Shown piece after piece: positions 17,407 through 30,842 of a stretch of DNA of 64,000 bases. A model generated the notes under the pieces. It ran no database searches. It was not told the DNA's origin and saw nothing but the letters and a program-made list of their open reading frames with translations. The stretch comes from Eledone cirrhosa (taxonomy: Eukaryota), in assembly GCA_964016885.1 (NCBI GenBank), contig OZ024762.1, positions 26,784,001 to 26,848,000 on the forward strand, in the 5' to 3' direction. The translations under genes and the position numbers were made by a program. The first letter of the stretch is position 1. Each line of letters begins with the position of its first letter.

Positions 17407-17890
17407 ATCCATTTATTCCCGAGAGGGACCTGCACACAGTGTCGTCAAACACTCCTTTCAGTGGGTCCTGTCAAAAGCAACCATCTCCAACTGTTCCGAC
17501 TGGATCCCCGAGACCAGCCAAGCTCATGGATGTTATCCAGCAATCTTGCTCGGGGTCTACCTCTGGGTATTTATCCGTTGGTTTTGCCCGTAAAATCTGT
17601 CCAACGATTCTTTCCTGAGACATTCTAACCAAATATCCATAGTATGTATCAGAGCTGTGATCCGGCGAAGTAATGGCTCTACCTGGACTGACTTTCTGAT
17701 CTCCGAGCAACGCACTTTATCGAGTAACGTTACCCCCAAAACACTTCGGAGGTATCCCATTTCAGCCGCTTTTATTCGCGATCGCATTCTTTAGGTCATT
17801 ACTGAAGATCCATGACCATAGGTAAGGGCTGGCATGAAAACCGAACTGAAGACAGCGATTTTGGCTTTCTTCTTCAGCATTCAGTAATTA
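17286..17890 (-). mobile_element. RTE (Rex3/Expander-like) LINE 3' fragment with (GAA)n tail
   Basis: RIKAAEMGYLRSVLGVTLLDKVRCSEIR..VEPLL, YGYLVRM. The (TTC)n tract at 17286-17404 is the minus-strand tail. Confidence 0.8.
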
Positions 17891-18619
17891 GATTATTGAA
17901 TGCTGAAGAAGGGAGGTAGGCCTAAAAGCGAAACTCACTATTTTCAATTCGGTTTTCGTGTCAACCTTTACCTATGGCCATGAATCTTGGGTAATGACCA
18001 CCCCAAAAATTTGAATGGTATGGTACAATATTCAAATTTAATATCCTTCTGTTTTCATTTCCAATATCTTAACGCCTCTAGTCTTGCATTTTATTATAAA
18101 TATTATTAGAAATCCCCCAGGCAGTGAAATTGGTTTCAGAAAATAAGACAGTGAAATATTCGGTGTTTAAATGAATTCATTTCAGTGCTTGCCTGCCAGT
18201 ATTTCATTACTAGTGTCGACATGGTTTACTAAATCAATGTACTGCCCCCCCCCCCCCCCCCAGCTTGGTCCGCTGTATCATGCCGTAATGCAGTAAAGAT
18301 CGAATCGATCGACAAGATCCCAAACTTCATTCGTTTACCGAGGGAGGTGGAACTCGTCAGATTGGACCAAAGAAACATTGTTCTTGGTCTTACCAATCGT
18401 TCATACTATCTAGCGGTCACAACTCCTGGCAGAATATATATTTGAATTTCGTCTACTGCCATCATGTAAATTTCTAAATCGGTAGCCAATCAGGAGAGGG
18501 CATTGTGACGCGTGGGGATTCCAGTTACCGACATTTTACTGTGTTGGCCGTCACATACAGTCATAGCTGGCATGGACTGGAGTCGAATTCTGTCAATCGA
18601 TTGGTTATTGATTAGGCGA

Positions 18620-18711
18620 AACTGTCTGATGAAGCCACAAGCGCCGATTGTGCATTGGTGCATAATATATGCGGACAGAGGATGCTCTGTGGCCGAATCT
18701 CGAGTTGAGTT
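18620..18711 (+). ncRNA. Hammerhead motif upstream of PLE ORF
   Basis: CTGATGA-aGCCACA..TGTGGCc-GAAT-CTCGAG-TT-GAGTT; A15.1 is substituted. Confidence 0.6.
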
Positions 18712-18892
18712 CGGGAACAATTGAAGGTACCCGTTTATGTGTGGTGTATTGAAGCGAATAACTATGTGTATACTCTGGGAGTTTATTTAACGTTACCTAT
18801 TGGGTACGCTGAGATGCAACCGGTACTAGCAGTGATATCTATGCTAGTTCCGTCAACCTATCATATATATATATATACACATATATATATAT

Positions 18893-18924
<32 letters not shown>

Positions 18925-21080
18925 GGATAAGGACATGGGTAATCTTCCTGCATCTAAAGAAAGGTACGGCTTCAAGACATGTCGGAACCCGGCGTACAAC
19001 ACCTTGCTGGACTCCTTTGAAGAAGATTTACTTAACTTGATCAAAAATGTAAAGTTTAAGAACAAACGCCGATGCAGTAACCCATTCCTGACCTCCCTGG
19101 ACACGCTCATCACCAAGATCAGGAACGACCGACACCCTTTCATTGCCTCTGACAAAACTAAGAAACTTTATAGGCTGGATGTAAGCAGGTACAGACAATT
19201 CATTTATAACGAATTAAACAAAAACTACAAAAAACACATATTAGTACTTTAAACGACATTAATAGAGTAGGTAAGGATAGTGTTACCGGCTTAGATATAG
19301 ATAAGAATACTAACACCTATGTTCCTATGACACCCACATTCTCTCTTAAGGATCACAAATATAATTTTAATGAAAGCCCTTCTATTATATTAATATGTCC
19401 CTGTACTTCAGATATAGGTAGGATTAGTAAAGTGATCCTTGATAGAATAATACCTGAACTCAAATACAAAACTAAGGTTTGTCTCTGGAACAACACCGAC
19501 CAGGTCATTAATTGGTTCACCGAGTTGCCTGAAAGGCAGCTCTAAAATTCATCCAGTTTGACATAAATAATTTACTATGCCTCTATTTCCCCTGTACTCT
19601 TAAATAAAGCCCTTATTTTAACTATATCTAACACTAGCCTCACTAAAAGAGATTGATATAGTACTGGCTGCGCGGAGACTATTATTCACTTCGAGGGTTC
19701 CCACTGGACCAGAACCAATCACCACGATAACTTTCATATTACGATGGGGTCCAGTGACTCAGGGGTCCAGTGACTCAGCGCAAGCAAACGACCTGGTCGG
19801 CATTTACCTCCTGCACAGACTTAGAGATGAGATCCCTGTGCTACAAGGAGGTGTATATAGGGACGACGCTCTATTTACTGTTAGGAACCATAGAGAATCT
19901 TAACAAACGTATACACAAGTTCTTTAAGTCGTACGGCGTTTCTGTAACTATAGACCTCAACCACCACATAGTCATCTTCCTAGATGTCACCTTAGAATTA
20001 AGTACTGGCTCATACAGACCGTACCATAAGCCCGGCGAGGTTCTATCAATTACGCTTCTAACCACCCTAAGTCTACGCTCAACTCCATAGTCTATAGCAT
20101 CTCCCATAGAATCTCGCGGCTTTCTGCTAATGAGGACTTCTTCAAGCAAGCAGCCGAATACTACAATAGGGCCTTAGCAGACTCATGTTATAACCGTAAG
20201 ATTTCCTACCTCCCTAACGCCGACTGTTACCCCCCCCCCCCACTGCAGCCACGCTAGTGTAACTAATAGTAGAATAGATAATCGCAACAATAGATACGGC
20301 CCGCATGCGAATTACAGAGGTAGCGGGGCAGCCGGTTTAACGCAACTAAAGTGTCCCGGTCCGGTTGACGGTAGCAGAGGCAGCCTACTTGACTTATTCC
20401 CCGCTTACAGGCTTAATAAATATAATGGCCTACTACCTACACCCTCTAATCTGCCTGCGGGCACACGGAACCGTCGCATTTGGACAACTCGCGCACCTTG
20501 GCATGACGCAAACAATATGCGCATTAGGCAGCAACACATTAGCAACGGTAAGAAGGGTCACCTGGGAAGCCCAGCCCATAGCAAACCCACATCTACACGT
20601 AACCGCCAACGTAATGTCCTCTGGTTCCATCCTCCTTACTCTCGGAGAGTGGCCTCAGACTTACCTAGAATCTTCTTCGAGGCCTTAGGGAAAAACTTCC
20701 CACCTAACCATAAATCCAAACAAATCCTCAATAAGAATAGCGTAAACATATCCTTCTCCACTTCACCCAATCTAGCTGACCTCATAGCGATAAGTAACTA
20801 CAACAAGCTCACTAACACACAGCATTCTAGCAACGACAATCTTAAAGAATACGACAGATTGGATAACCTTAGCGATTCCCTAGCTGCATCCGGCAATGCT
20901 GGTGGTAACCTTGACTGGCATGCTCGCCACTGTAGTAGTACGGCCGAGGGCCACGGTATGGACCTCAATAGTGCGAGCAACCACAGTAGAAGGCACGGTA
21001 ACATACGGCGTACACATGATACTACACTGTGCGCCCGTAAATTTGGTAATACTAACGACAACAATCGAAGCCGTTGTCCT

Positions 21081-21125
<45 letters not shown>

Positions 21126-21700
21126 TTACCACATTCTGAGAAGTGGTATAAGCATAAGCCAGAGGCGGTGATAGAAAACGATCAGGTGAAGGTGCTGTGG
21201 GATTTTAGGATACAGACGGACAAGAAACTGGAACACAATAGACCTGACCTGGTGGTTGTGGACAAAGAAAAAAGAACGTGCCTGATTGTGGATGTGGCCT
21301 GCCCATTCGACACGAGAGTGCAAGAGAAGGAGAGGGAGAAAATTAACCGATACCAGGACTTAAAGTGGGAGGTAAAAAGGATTTGGAACTGCCATGAAGT
21401 CAAAGTGATCCCGATTGTCATAGGCGCAGTGGGGACTATCTCAAAAAGATTCCAGGGATGGTTAAAGAAAATTGGCCCCTTCACGCTTTTTGGAACGCTT
21501 CAAAAGGCATGCTTGCTGGGAACAGCAAGAACCCTCCGATACGTCCTGAATATCTGAGGCTGCAGGTACTGGCTTGATATTCATTTCAACAAACTTTCCA
21601 GTTAACTAACATCAATGACTGAGACTCAAAGAGTAATAACAACAACAATAATAATAATAATAATAATAATCAATGACTGAGATTCAAGGAATAACAATAA
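21126..21700 (+). mobile_element. 5'-truncated R4/Dong-like non-LTR element (restriction-like endonuclease) inserted in (TAA)n
   Basis: VLWDFRIQTD..HNRPDLVVVDK..IVDVACPFD..K..RY..IPIVIGAVG..LQKACLLGTARTLR. (TAA)n on both sides (21083-21125 and 21634-21723). Confidence 0.9.
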
Positions 21701-22509
21701 CAATAATAATAATAATAATAATAGTATCGCGGTGGGTACTAACAACCGCCGGTCCGAAGGTGACCGTAGTAATCACTGCAACTGTCGTGACTCTGCTAAT
21801 TGTCCGCTCCGGGGCCAATGCCTAACTAAAAATGTTATATACAAATGTACAGTTACTAGCCACAATAGTGTCAAATATTACATAGGGGCCACTTCTGGGT
21901 CGTTGAAGATTAAATTTCGAGCACATCTTCACTCTTTCAGGAATAGGAAGCTAAGGTACACCCCTCGCCAATTACATCACCCGTTTAAACGACGCTAGCA
22001 CCCTGATCTCATCAACAGTAGAGCCGAAACCGTCATCAATTGCGGCCATAGACTACAGCAATCGTTCTACAGATGGACCCCGGTAATACCCAAACACCAT
22101 AGTACCAGGGCATTTTACACCGCGCCCAGGCTTGTCTTAAAACGGTGGGTTAAAATTAAACATTTCTGAACAATACTATTATCCAGCCCCCGTCATCCCT
22201 CAAGGGTGTAGAACTGCATGTGTCCAGACCTAATTGCCTCGTCGTATTCCTCCACACCAACGGAATACATCTTGAGTATCTCTGCAAGATCGATGATTGT
22301 ACCATTTAAACACCATGGGCGTATAATCGTGTGATCGTGCAAGGCCTGACGTTTATGCCTTTACACTTTTCGGCGTTTAAACCTTTGTCGAAATTGCAGC
22401 CTCACACTAACTTAGACTCTACATAAGTTTCACCGACCATAATATTATAGAACACTCACCTTCATACCTTAACTGTGCCGCTGCAAACTGGTTTGACAAA
22501 GCATAATTA

Positions 22510-22657
22510 AATTAGCATAGTTACGTGCCTTTACGATCTGAGTTCAAACCCCGGCGAGGTTGACTTTGCCTTTCATCCTTACGAGGTCGATAAAATAAAG
22601 TACCAGTAATGTACTGGGTAATTACTGGCCTTGTGCCAAAAGTAGAAACAATTATTA
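22510..22657 (+). mobile_element. tRNA-type SINE
   Basis: B-box GAGTTCAAACCC, central GCCTTTCATCCTTACGRGGTCGATAAAATAAAGTACCAG (resembles the Meta domain), tail GGCCTTGTGCCAAAAGTAGAAACAATT; many copies in the window. Confidence 0.8.
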
Positions 22658-23129
22658 AATTAGCATATAGTAAATAGACTCAGGGGAGTAAATGAATATT
22701 TTATTATAGTGGAATTGAATTTTAGCAGATAATTCTAAATCAGCACCGGAATTATTCCTCTTTGTACACAAACTTAAGCAGCTAACTCTGTAACACCGAG
22801 ATACGAATTTCGATGTTAAAATCGTATTCATACCCAATCAGGGTTCCTAATTAAACCCTCTACTTCCCTCTGAAACTCCGAGAAGCCCAAATTGGGCGTA
22901 ACATGTGTAAGAGCTTCTTACAAAAATATTTTATCGGTCTGCTTCTTTTTTTCAATTATAATTGCTCTGCTTAAATTCGCACACTAAATATTAACGCTTC
23001 TAATGTTTAACCCTGTCTGCACAAACATCGAGCACTAAAGCAACTGCTTATGGCAATTAATTATCTGTATCGTATCCTTCTATAACGCTTCTTCTCTCTA
23101 TTCTCTCTCACGATACTGTAACATTTTAA

Positions 23130-23217
23130 ACTTTGACTTTCATCCTTACGGGGTCGATAAAATAAAGTACCAGTAATATTACTAGGTAAATGCTGGCCTT
23201 GTGTCAAAAGTAGAAAC

Positions 23218-23222
<5 letters not shown>
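23130..23222 (+). mobile_element. SINE fragment
   Basis: Same central and tail sequence as 22510-22657. Confidence 0.75.
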
Positions 23223-23252
<30 letters not shown>

Positions 23253-23450
23253 GATAAATCTACCAAGAGTTTACGGTAGTGTCCAATCCGTATGAAGAAC
23301 TCAATGTAATCCGGATATCATGGAAAGAAGAGATGCAATGAAAAATCACTTTCGGTGAAAGATAAACGGAATACAGAGTCAAGATAAAATATTTAAAAAA
23401 TAATGAATAAAACAATGAAACAGTTCCTTATATTAAACAAAAAAAGTTCA

Positions 23451-23597
23451 TTATTTAACGATCGTTTCTAGGATATATATGTGTTAGAATTGGCATGCAT
23501 ATTCAACAGATCTATGTACAAAATTATACAAAATTATACAAACTATCAAAATTAAATATACATACCAAACACATATATATGCCGTCTTCAGAAATAA
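23451..23597 (-). ncRNA. Type I hammerhead ribozyme with long stem II
   Basis: Minus strand: ATTT-CTGAAGA-..ATATATATGTGTT..AACACATATATAT..-GAAA-CGATCG-TT-AAAT. An inverted partial copy lies at 24183-24283. Confidence 0.7.
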
Positions 23598-24274
23598 TGA
23601 AATATATTTATTGATAATAACAACAATTCAAAATTTCAGGTCCGTTTGGGAACAGAGTTCAAATTGACCAATGAAAATACAAAAAATTTTATGCAGTTAG
23701 GTGTGTGTATATACATGTAATTAACTTCGTACACATATTTGCATAAAGATATATGTTCACATGCATACGCATGCCAAAAAGATGTATGTAAATACAAAAA
23801 TTCAAGGCTAATGTCTCTGTAAGTTTATAATCTACAGATAAAATGCGTATAGACACATAAATATGAAATAAATGTATACACACATTCATATACTCACACA
23901 TATTCGTACACTCACACACACACGCGCGTATATGCATAAACATACACATAACTACGAACATACATACACACACACACCCCCACACACATATATATGTGTA
24001 TATAGTATTATCATAAGCATATGGACATTAATGCACGCACATAAACACTGCCACACATATTTAGATCAGGATACAGAAATTAGGTGGGTGGGGGGGAGAG
24101 GTCAGTATTCAACGGTGTCGGCAGACTGCCTATTTATAAATGTATCTATAAACTTAGAAATAAAAAGAAAAGAAAAAGAAAAAACACATATATATCCTAG
24201 AAACGATCGTTAAATAATGAACATTTTTGTTTAATATAAGGAACTGTTTCATTGCTTTATTCATTATTTTTTTA

Positions 24275-24331
<57 letters not shown>

Positions 24332-24640
24332 TTCAAGAGTAACCAATCTTAAAGAGAGAGATTGAGATAGTAGAGGAGATATGAGAGGAAAGATTGGTGA
24401 GTTAGTTAGAAGCCAAAGCGTAAAGGCATGTGCTCAATGTGCAATATGCAGTAGAAAGCAGCTAGGTGGCTGGGTTCATGCAGAGGTTAGGTGCGCAGAG
24501 CTGGAAATATTCATTAGTTAAGCAAAACAAGACCACAAATTTCACAAGGAAGATATTATTAAAAGATTGTCAACATATTTAGTTTGATGTAAGGAATATA
24601 GAGAATAATAATAATAATAATATTAATAATAATAATGCCC

Positions 24641-24760
24641 GTTTACAATTGTTTCGCTACTCCGTATAATATTTCTGGATCAGATGACTATGTATCATAA
24701 TTGATCTGGTTCAGTTGAAAATAATTAACATATTTAAAAAACAGAGTGGCTCATCGGAAC
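24641..24760 (-). ncRNA. Hammerhead, variant core CCGATGA
   Basis: Minus strand: GTT-CCGATGA-GCCACTCTG..CGGAGTAGC-GAAA-CAATTG-TA-AAC. Confidence 0.7.
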
Positions 24761-24785
24761 TCAAAGGAATATAAATTAAAATAAT

Positions 24786-24986
24786 TGTCTCTACATTAGG
24801 CACAAGGCCAGCAATTACCCAGTGTGTTACTGGTACTTTATTTTATCGACCCCGTAAGGATGAAAGGCAAAGTCAACCTCGGCGGGATTTGAACTCAGAT
24901 CGTAAAGGGACGTAACTATGCTGGAAAGCATGGCGTCCGACCCTCTACTGATACTGCCAATCCACCGCCCAAAGAGGGATATATAT
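24786..24986 (-). mobile_element. Full-length tRNA-type SINE with probable target-site duplication
   Basis: A-box-like TGGCAGTATCAGTAG, B-box GAGTTCAAATCC. ATATAAATTAAAATAAT occurs at about 24769 and 24987. Confidence 0.85.
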
Positions 24987-25098
24987 ATATAAATTAAAAT
25001 AATGTTACATAATATAATGTTCCATATATTAGTTTTTACTATGGTGCCTTTGTTTCATCAGCTGTCAGCCATGGCTGACAGCTGATGAAACAAAGGCA

Positions 25099-25176
<78 letters not shown>

Positions 25177-25935
25177 TATATATATATATTTATAAATATA
25201 TATATAACGAAGGAAGTGTGGTAAGGAACCAGGTTGCATAACGCACCAAACTACTCAATACTTAGGGTAGTAGAGTTGGTAATAGGAGAATGTTCAAGAC
25301 CCCGACGGCAGGGCTCTACGGCTAGAGCTTTGCCGTCGCGGACTTAAACATTTTCATATATATATATATTCCGCTAGTGCTAGCTGTTGGAGCTCAGCCG
25401 TCGGTGTCCTGACTTATTCGTATATATATATATAGTGTAAATGAAAAGTATAGAAATTATTGTAACAAGAAGCCAACAGTATTCCATAATATATATCTCA
25501 AGAGAGAGAGAGAGTGATTTACGCTATGAAGCTTCAATTTTTGTAGTCAATATACAAGGAAAGCTTCAATTTCTATATTCAAAAGTTCCAATCACCACAG
25601 TATTCTATATAAACCACACACACACACACAGATGCACATATATAAACATATACACACAGAAGCACGTACGCACACACACACATACATACACATTTATATA
25701 TAAAACTACATTTATTTTGACTGAGATCCAATACCAGAAATTTATTTAATTAGTGAATAATTAATTGAACGCTCATGTCTACACACACTCACACACATAC
25801 ACACATACACACATATACATACACACACATATGTTTATATATATATATATATATTTATATAAATGTGTGTGTATATATATATATAAGTTAAAACAATGAA
25901 ATAAAAAATCAAGTCATTAGAAATATACTTCACTG

Positions 25936-26067
25936 CTTTACGGTCGTTTCTAAGTGATGATAATACATCGTAACTATACTTCGATATCGATCTATGTGAA
26001 GTTAGTTACAAAATATCAGATAAAGAGAATATTTACTTACATGCATATCACCAGCTGTTGTCAAAAG
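25936..26067 (-). ncRNA. Hammerhead, U3:A8 core TTGACAA
   Basis: Minus strand: CTT-TTGACAA-..GTGAT..ATCAC..-GAAA-CGACCG-TA-AAG. The same core occurs at 28056-28062; the plus copy at 27485-27615 reads TTGACAG. Confidence 0.6.
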
Positions 26068-26175
26068 AAATAATAATGTTATTCAAAATTAGTAGTAAAT
26101 TAGTATTATGTTTAGTTCTATTACCTTGTTTGGAGGTAGTTGAAGAATTAACCAATCAGATTGTTTTATTCCATA

Positions 26176-27140
26176 CTAGCAGTAAAGCCCGGCGTTGCTC
26201 GGGGTCGCTCAGTAGCTATGTTAAAGTTACAATGTTAAGTTTTTTTTTTGGCTTAAAAACTGTAGTGTCTACTGTGCAGACTTGCATGTGGTGTTTTTGA
26301 TTAATATTCCCTCAACCAACAATATGCCTTATGAAGTTAAGAAAACATAACGATAACCCCAATGTTATAACAAAAGAGGATGCTGGGGATAAAAACTGCA
26401 CTGGTTATTTATTAACAAAGATCGAAAATGTAAACACTGCAACGCAGAGAAAAACATTAGCGTAATCAAATTATCAGTTATGTCTGTCTGCACGCCTATA
26501 TCACCTCTCTGCACGACTGTCTGTCTGCACGCCTATATCACCTCTCTGCGCGACTGTCTGTCTGCACGCCTATATCACCTCTCTGCACGACTGTCTGTCT
26601 GCACGACTGTCTGTCTGCACGCCTAATGAAATTTACAGATACATATATTTTAAATAAACTTATATAATTTTTGCTTTTTTTTATGAAATATTTGCTTGTT
26701 TTACGTAGTCTTTAAATAGACTTGTTTTCAAGTAAAAATATTGTTTTAAAAGGCTTTTAAATGGAAATGAAGCAAAACGGAAGCTTAGTGTTCGAACTGA
26801 TGAATTTTGCAGGTCAATATTTTGCTGGCTCGACAACTGTTAGTGTATTGTGTTAATGTCATTTTAAAGGCTGAGAAAGCCAGCGTAATTTTTTACGTAA
26901 GACGCTCAATGTAAACAGAACAAAAGGAAATAACTCATCACTTACGCTCAAAAATCGATACATTAGATTCGATTTCGTCAGATAGGGCGGGTCAATTTGA
27001 AATATTTGTTTTCCGATGTCTTCGCTAGGGCTCAATGTACAAGTATAGCAATTTCGGTGCAATTCCGTGAGAGATTCTAAGAGGAGATGTGTGCCAAAAA
27101 TCGATAGACAGACAGACAACTTCAGTTTTATATATATAGA
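26176..27140 (-). mobile_element. Non-autonomous Helitron
   Basis: Minus strand starts TC(TATATATATAAAACTG) and ends with hairpin CCCGAGCAACGCCGGG then CTAG. It is inserted between A and T with no TSD; the empty site is visible in the opposite arm near 27370-27385. Confidence 0.9.
26481..26624. repeat. Minisatellite of about 36-37 bp inside the Helitron
   Basis: TGTCTGTCTGCACGCCTATATCACCTCTCTGCACGAC three times, plus partial units. Confidence 0.85.
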
Positions 27141-27822
27141 TGATGTTAAGATGAAAAATAATTCACTTTAGTTGAGGTCATGTCCCGTTGAAAGGAATGG
27201 TTGAATTTTTACATTCTTTTTAAACTTCACTCCACCATATACATTCAGCTATCAATTTGACAATCCCTTTTTTCCTAACAGAGTTTTATGGCAGTTCTGT
27301 TATTAACACCATTCAACCATTCCTTTCACAGGGTCATCACCTCAACTAAAGTGAATTATTTTTCATCTTAACATCATATGGAATAAAACAATCTGATTGG
27401 TTATTTCTTCAACTACCTCCAAACAAGGTCATAGAACTAAACATAATACTAATTTACTACTAATTTTGAATAAAATTATTATTTCTTTTGACAGAAGCTG
27501 GTGATATGCATGTAAGTAAATATTCTCTTTATCTGATATTTTGTAACTAACCTTACATAGATCGATATCGAAGTATAGTTGCGATGTATAACATCACATA
27601 GAAACGATCGTAAAGCAGTGAAGTATATTTCTAATGACTTGATTTTTTATTTCATTGTTTTAACTTATATCATGACTCTGTTTTCCGTTTAATGTTTTAT
27701 TGTTTTGCGGGATTTATTTTAGCCTACAACATTTTCAACATGTCGATTACATTAAGTTCTTCATGCAGAATAGACCCCACAACTTACCGTGGATATCTCT
27801 TTGTATATATATATTTATATAA

Positions 27823-27885
<63 letters not shown>

Positions 27886-28059
27886 TTAAAACAATGAAAT
27901 AAAAAATCAAGTCATTAGAAATATACTTCACTGCTTTACGATCGTTTCTAAGTGATGATAATACATCATAACTATACTTCGATATCGATCTATGTAAGGT
28001 TAGTTACAAAATATCAGATAACGAGAGTATTTACTTACATGCATATCACCAGCTGTTGT

Positions 28060-28158
<99 letters not shown>

Positions 28159-28208
28159 AGTATGTATGTATACGTACATACATATATGTATACAGACGTA
28201 CAGTAGCA

Positions 28209-28250
<42 letters not shown>

Positions 28251-28549
28251 CAGGTACACATACATATATGCACGCATTAGTTTAGCGGACGCTTATTATA
28301 ACGCCGCTTTGTTCGTTTGTCAACAAACTGAACAGCCTTAATTTATGCCATACGGTGTTAAGGCAACCACGTCACCTTTTTGTTCAACACTGACACAGGA
28401 ACGATGTACTATATAAATATATATATATATATATATAAATATATGTGTGTGTATGTATATGTGTAAGTATATATATATATATATGAGAGTATTGAAGTTT
28501 GCTTGAAGCATTGTGGAATAATAAAATATATATATATATTTATTTATAG

Positions 28550-28601
<52 letters not shown>

Positions 28602-28605
<4 letters not shown>

Positions 28606-28769
28606 CGAAGGAAGTGTGGTAAGGAACCAGATGGACCATAACGCACCAGAGTACTCAATACTTAGGGTAGTAGAGTGGGTAATAGGAAAAAAATATGACC
28701 CCGACATCAGAGCTCAAGCCGTCTCGACGGCTATCTGGTCCAGGAATAGCCGTCGAAACGGCTTGAGCT

Positions 28770-28770
<1 letters not shown>
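28602..28770 (-). mobile_element. Family A mini-element fragment with fold-back of HHR 3' half
   Basis: Homologous to 250-385. TAGCCGTCGAAACGGCTTGAGCT is repeated in inverted orientation at 28710-28770. Confidence 0.75.
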
Positions 28771-29090
<320 letters not shown>

Positions 29091-29264
29091 TGTGTAGAAA
29101 TTCTATTTAAATTGTTGGGATACAACAAGCAAATATTTTTATAACTGATATAAAGCACTCAACGATTAATTGGACTAAAAATACTATCCGGGAGCTTCCA
29201 ACAGTAATGGTCGCATTCTTTAAGGGTATGTCAATATTTATTTATGAAACTGCTGTATATTATA

Positions 29265-29325
29265 TTTTATCTGATGAAAGCACACCATAATTTAACTTGG
29301 TGTCCTTGAAATATGTATAATGAAA
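29265..29325 (+). ncRNA. Type I hammerhead ribozyme
   Basis: TTTTAT-CTGATGA-AAG.ACACCA..TGGTGT.CTT-GAAA-TATGTA-TA-ATGAAA; same family as 57846-58646. Confidence 0.8.
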
Positions 29326-29442
29326 TAAATATGGTTTTATAAATATCGTTTCCATTTGTTAATATCGTATATATATATATATTTCACAATTCAAGAAAAA
29401 AGAGTGACATGGTTCGCTAAACAATAAGGGTTTTATTCACAT

Positions 29443-29552
29443 TGCTGACAATTGTTTCTTCGATCTGGTAGGTCTAGAGTTCGCTACTCTCCTGATTTTG
29501 CGTCAATCGAACTCCAATACTTTGTTTATAACCAGTCGTTTTCATCGGAGCA
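29443..29552 (-). ncRNA. Hammerhead, variant core CCGATGA
   Basis: Minus strand: TGCT-CCGATGA-aaaCGACTGGT..ACCAGATCGaa-GAAA-CAATTG-TC-AGCA. Confidence 0.7.
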
Positions 29553-29638
29553 TCGCGTGTCAGTCATTTTTCTTGAATTATTATTACTCGACTGCCTATA
29601 AAGATAAGCTGTTATCCTGTATATATATATTTATATAC

Positions 29639-29707
<69 letters not shown>

Positions 29708-29732
29708 TGTAATAAACAACATAAGGCAATTA

Positions 29733-29793
29733 TTTCATTTACCAGTGGTTTCTTAAAAGCAAAACAATTTTGCTTTCAATCATCAGAATGAAA
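29733..29793 (-). ncRNA. Intact type I hammerhead ribozyme
   Basis: Minus strand: TTTCATT-CTGATGA-TTGAAAGCAAAA ttg TTTTGCTTTTAA-GAAA-CCAcTGG-TA-AATGAAA. The copy at 40524-40577 has lost GAAA. Confidence 0.85.
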
Positions 29794-29804
29794 AAATCCT
29801 GGCG

Positions 29805-29871
<67 letters not shown>

Positions 29872-30651
29872 AGAAAGAGAGAGAGAGAGAAAGGGGGGGG
29901 GGAGAGAAAGAGAGAGAGAAATCTAGATAGATATATAGACAGATAAATAGATATAATTTATATGTATCAGTGTGTGTGCTTGCATGTGTGTAAGTGTATG
30001 TATATATGTGCGTACGTGTGTATTTGTGTGTACGTGTGTATGTATGTTTTTGTGTACAGGTGTATGTGTGTTTGTGTATATGTGTGTGTTTGTACGTATG
30101 TGTGTATGTGTGTGTTTGTATGTGTGTTTGTGTATATGTGTGTTTATGTGTACGTGTGTATATGTGTTTATGTGTGTGTATATGTGTACGTGTGGGTATA
30201 TGTGTTTATGTGTACGTGTGTGTATATGTGTTTATGTGTACGTGTATATACTTACTTGATTGTTATCAAGATTGACGCCACCTCTCTTTTTAATTTCATT
30301 TCCTATTCCATTCCATTCCACCCATCTCTTCTCTTTCCATATCTTTATTGCCATTCCCTCATGCTGCAATTCTTGAACATTCCAAGACATTAAAAACCTT
30401 TCTGTGACGCTCCAATATTATATTTAATAATCTTCTATATGAAGATTATAGCAATTGCTTTCATTATAAGTGCTAACGACGCTAACCACACCCGGCTTTC
30501 TACCCCACCCTACCAATCAGCAGATAGCATTTTTTATTTCTGCTTGCGTATGCAAAATTGATATTTTCCCTTATTGATTGGTAATGGTAATGCGCCTTCT
30601 ATCTATCTATCTATCAGTCTATCTATATCAGTCTATCTCTTTCTCTCTCTA

Positions 30652-30763
<112 letters not shown>

Positions 30764-30842
30764 TATACATATATATATATGTGTGTGTTTATATATATAT
30801 ATACATTTCCATATATATAAGTACAACACCAACATACCTATA

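Larger units (their letters stand above)
18260..22500 (+). mobile_element. Decayed Naiad-type Penelope-like element interrupted by an R4 insertion
   Basis: YGFKT (18899 ORF), FSLKDHK (19327), MGSSDS/YRDD region, FLDVTL..YRPYHKP, WFHPPYS..NFP..NKNSVNISFSTSPN, then CNCRDSANCPLRGQCL..YIGAT (21732). Boundaries are approximate. Confidence 0.85.
25885..28062. mobile_element. Fold-back PLE-type mini-element carrying three HHR copies
   Basis: Left arm 25885-27213 (split by a Helitron), right arm 27310-27668, extra partial copy 27883-28062. Confidence 0.8.

Noticed and set aside
17145-17628. Poly-K, poly-R, poly-F and poly-L ORFs
   Set aside because: They come from the (GAA)n tail of an RTE element.
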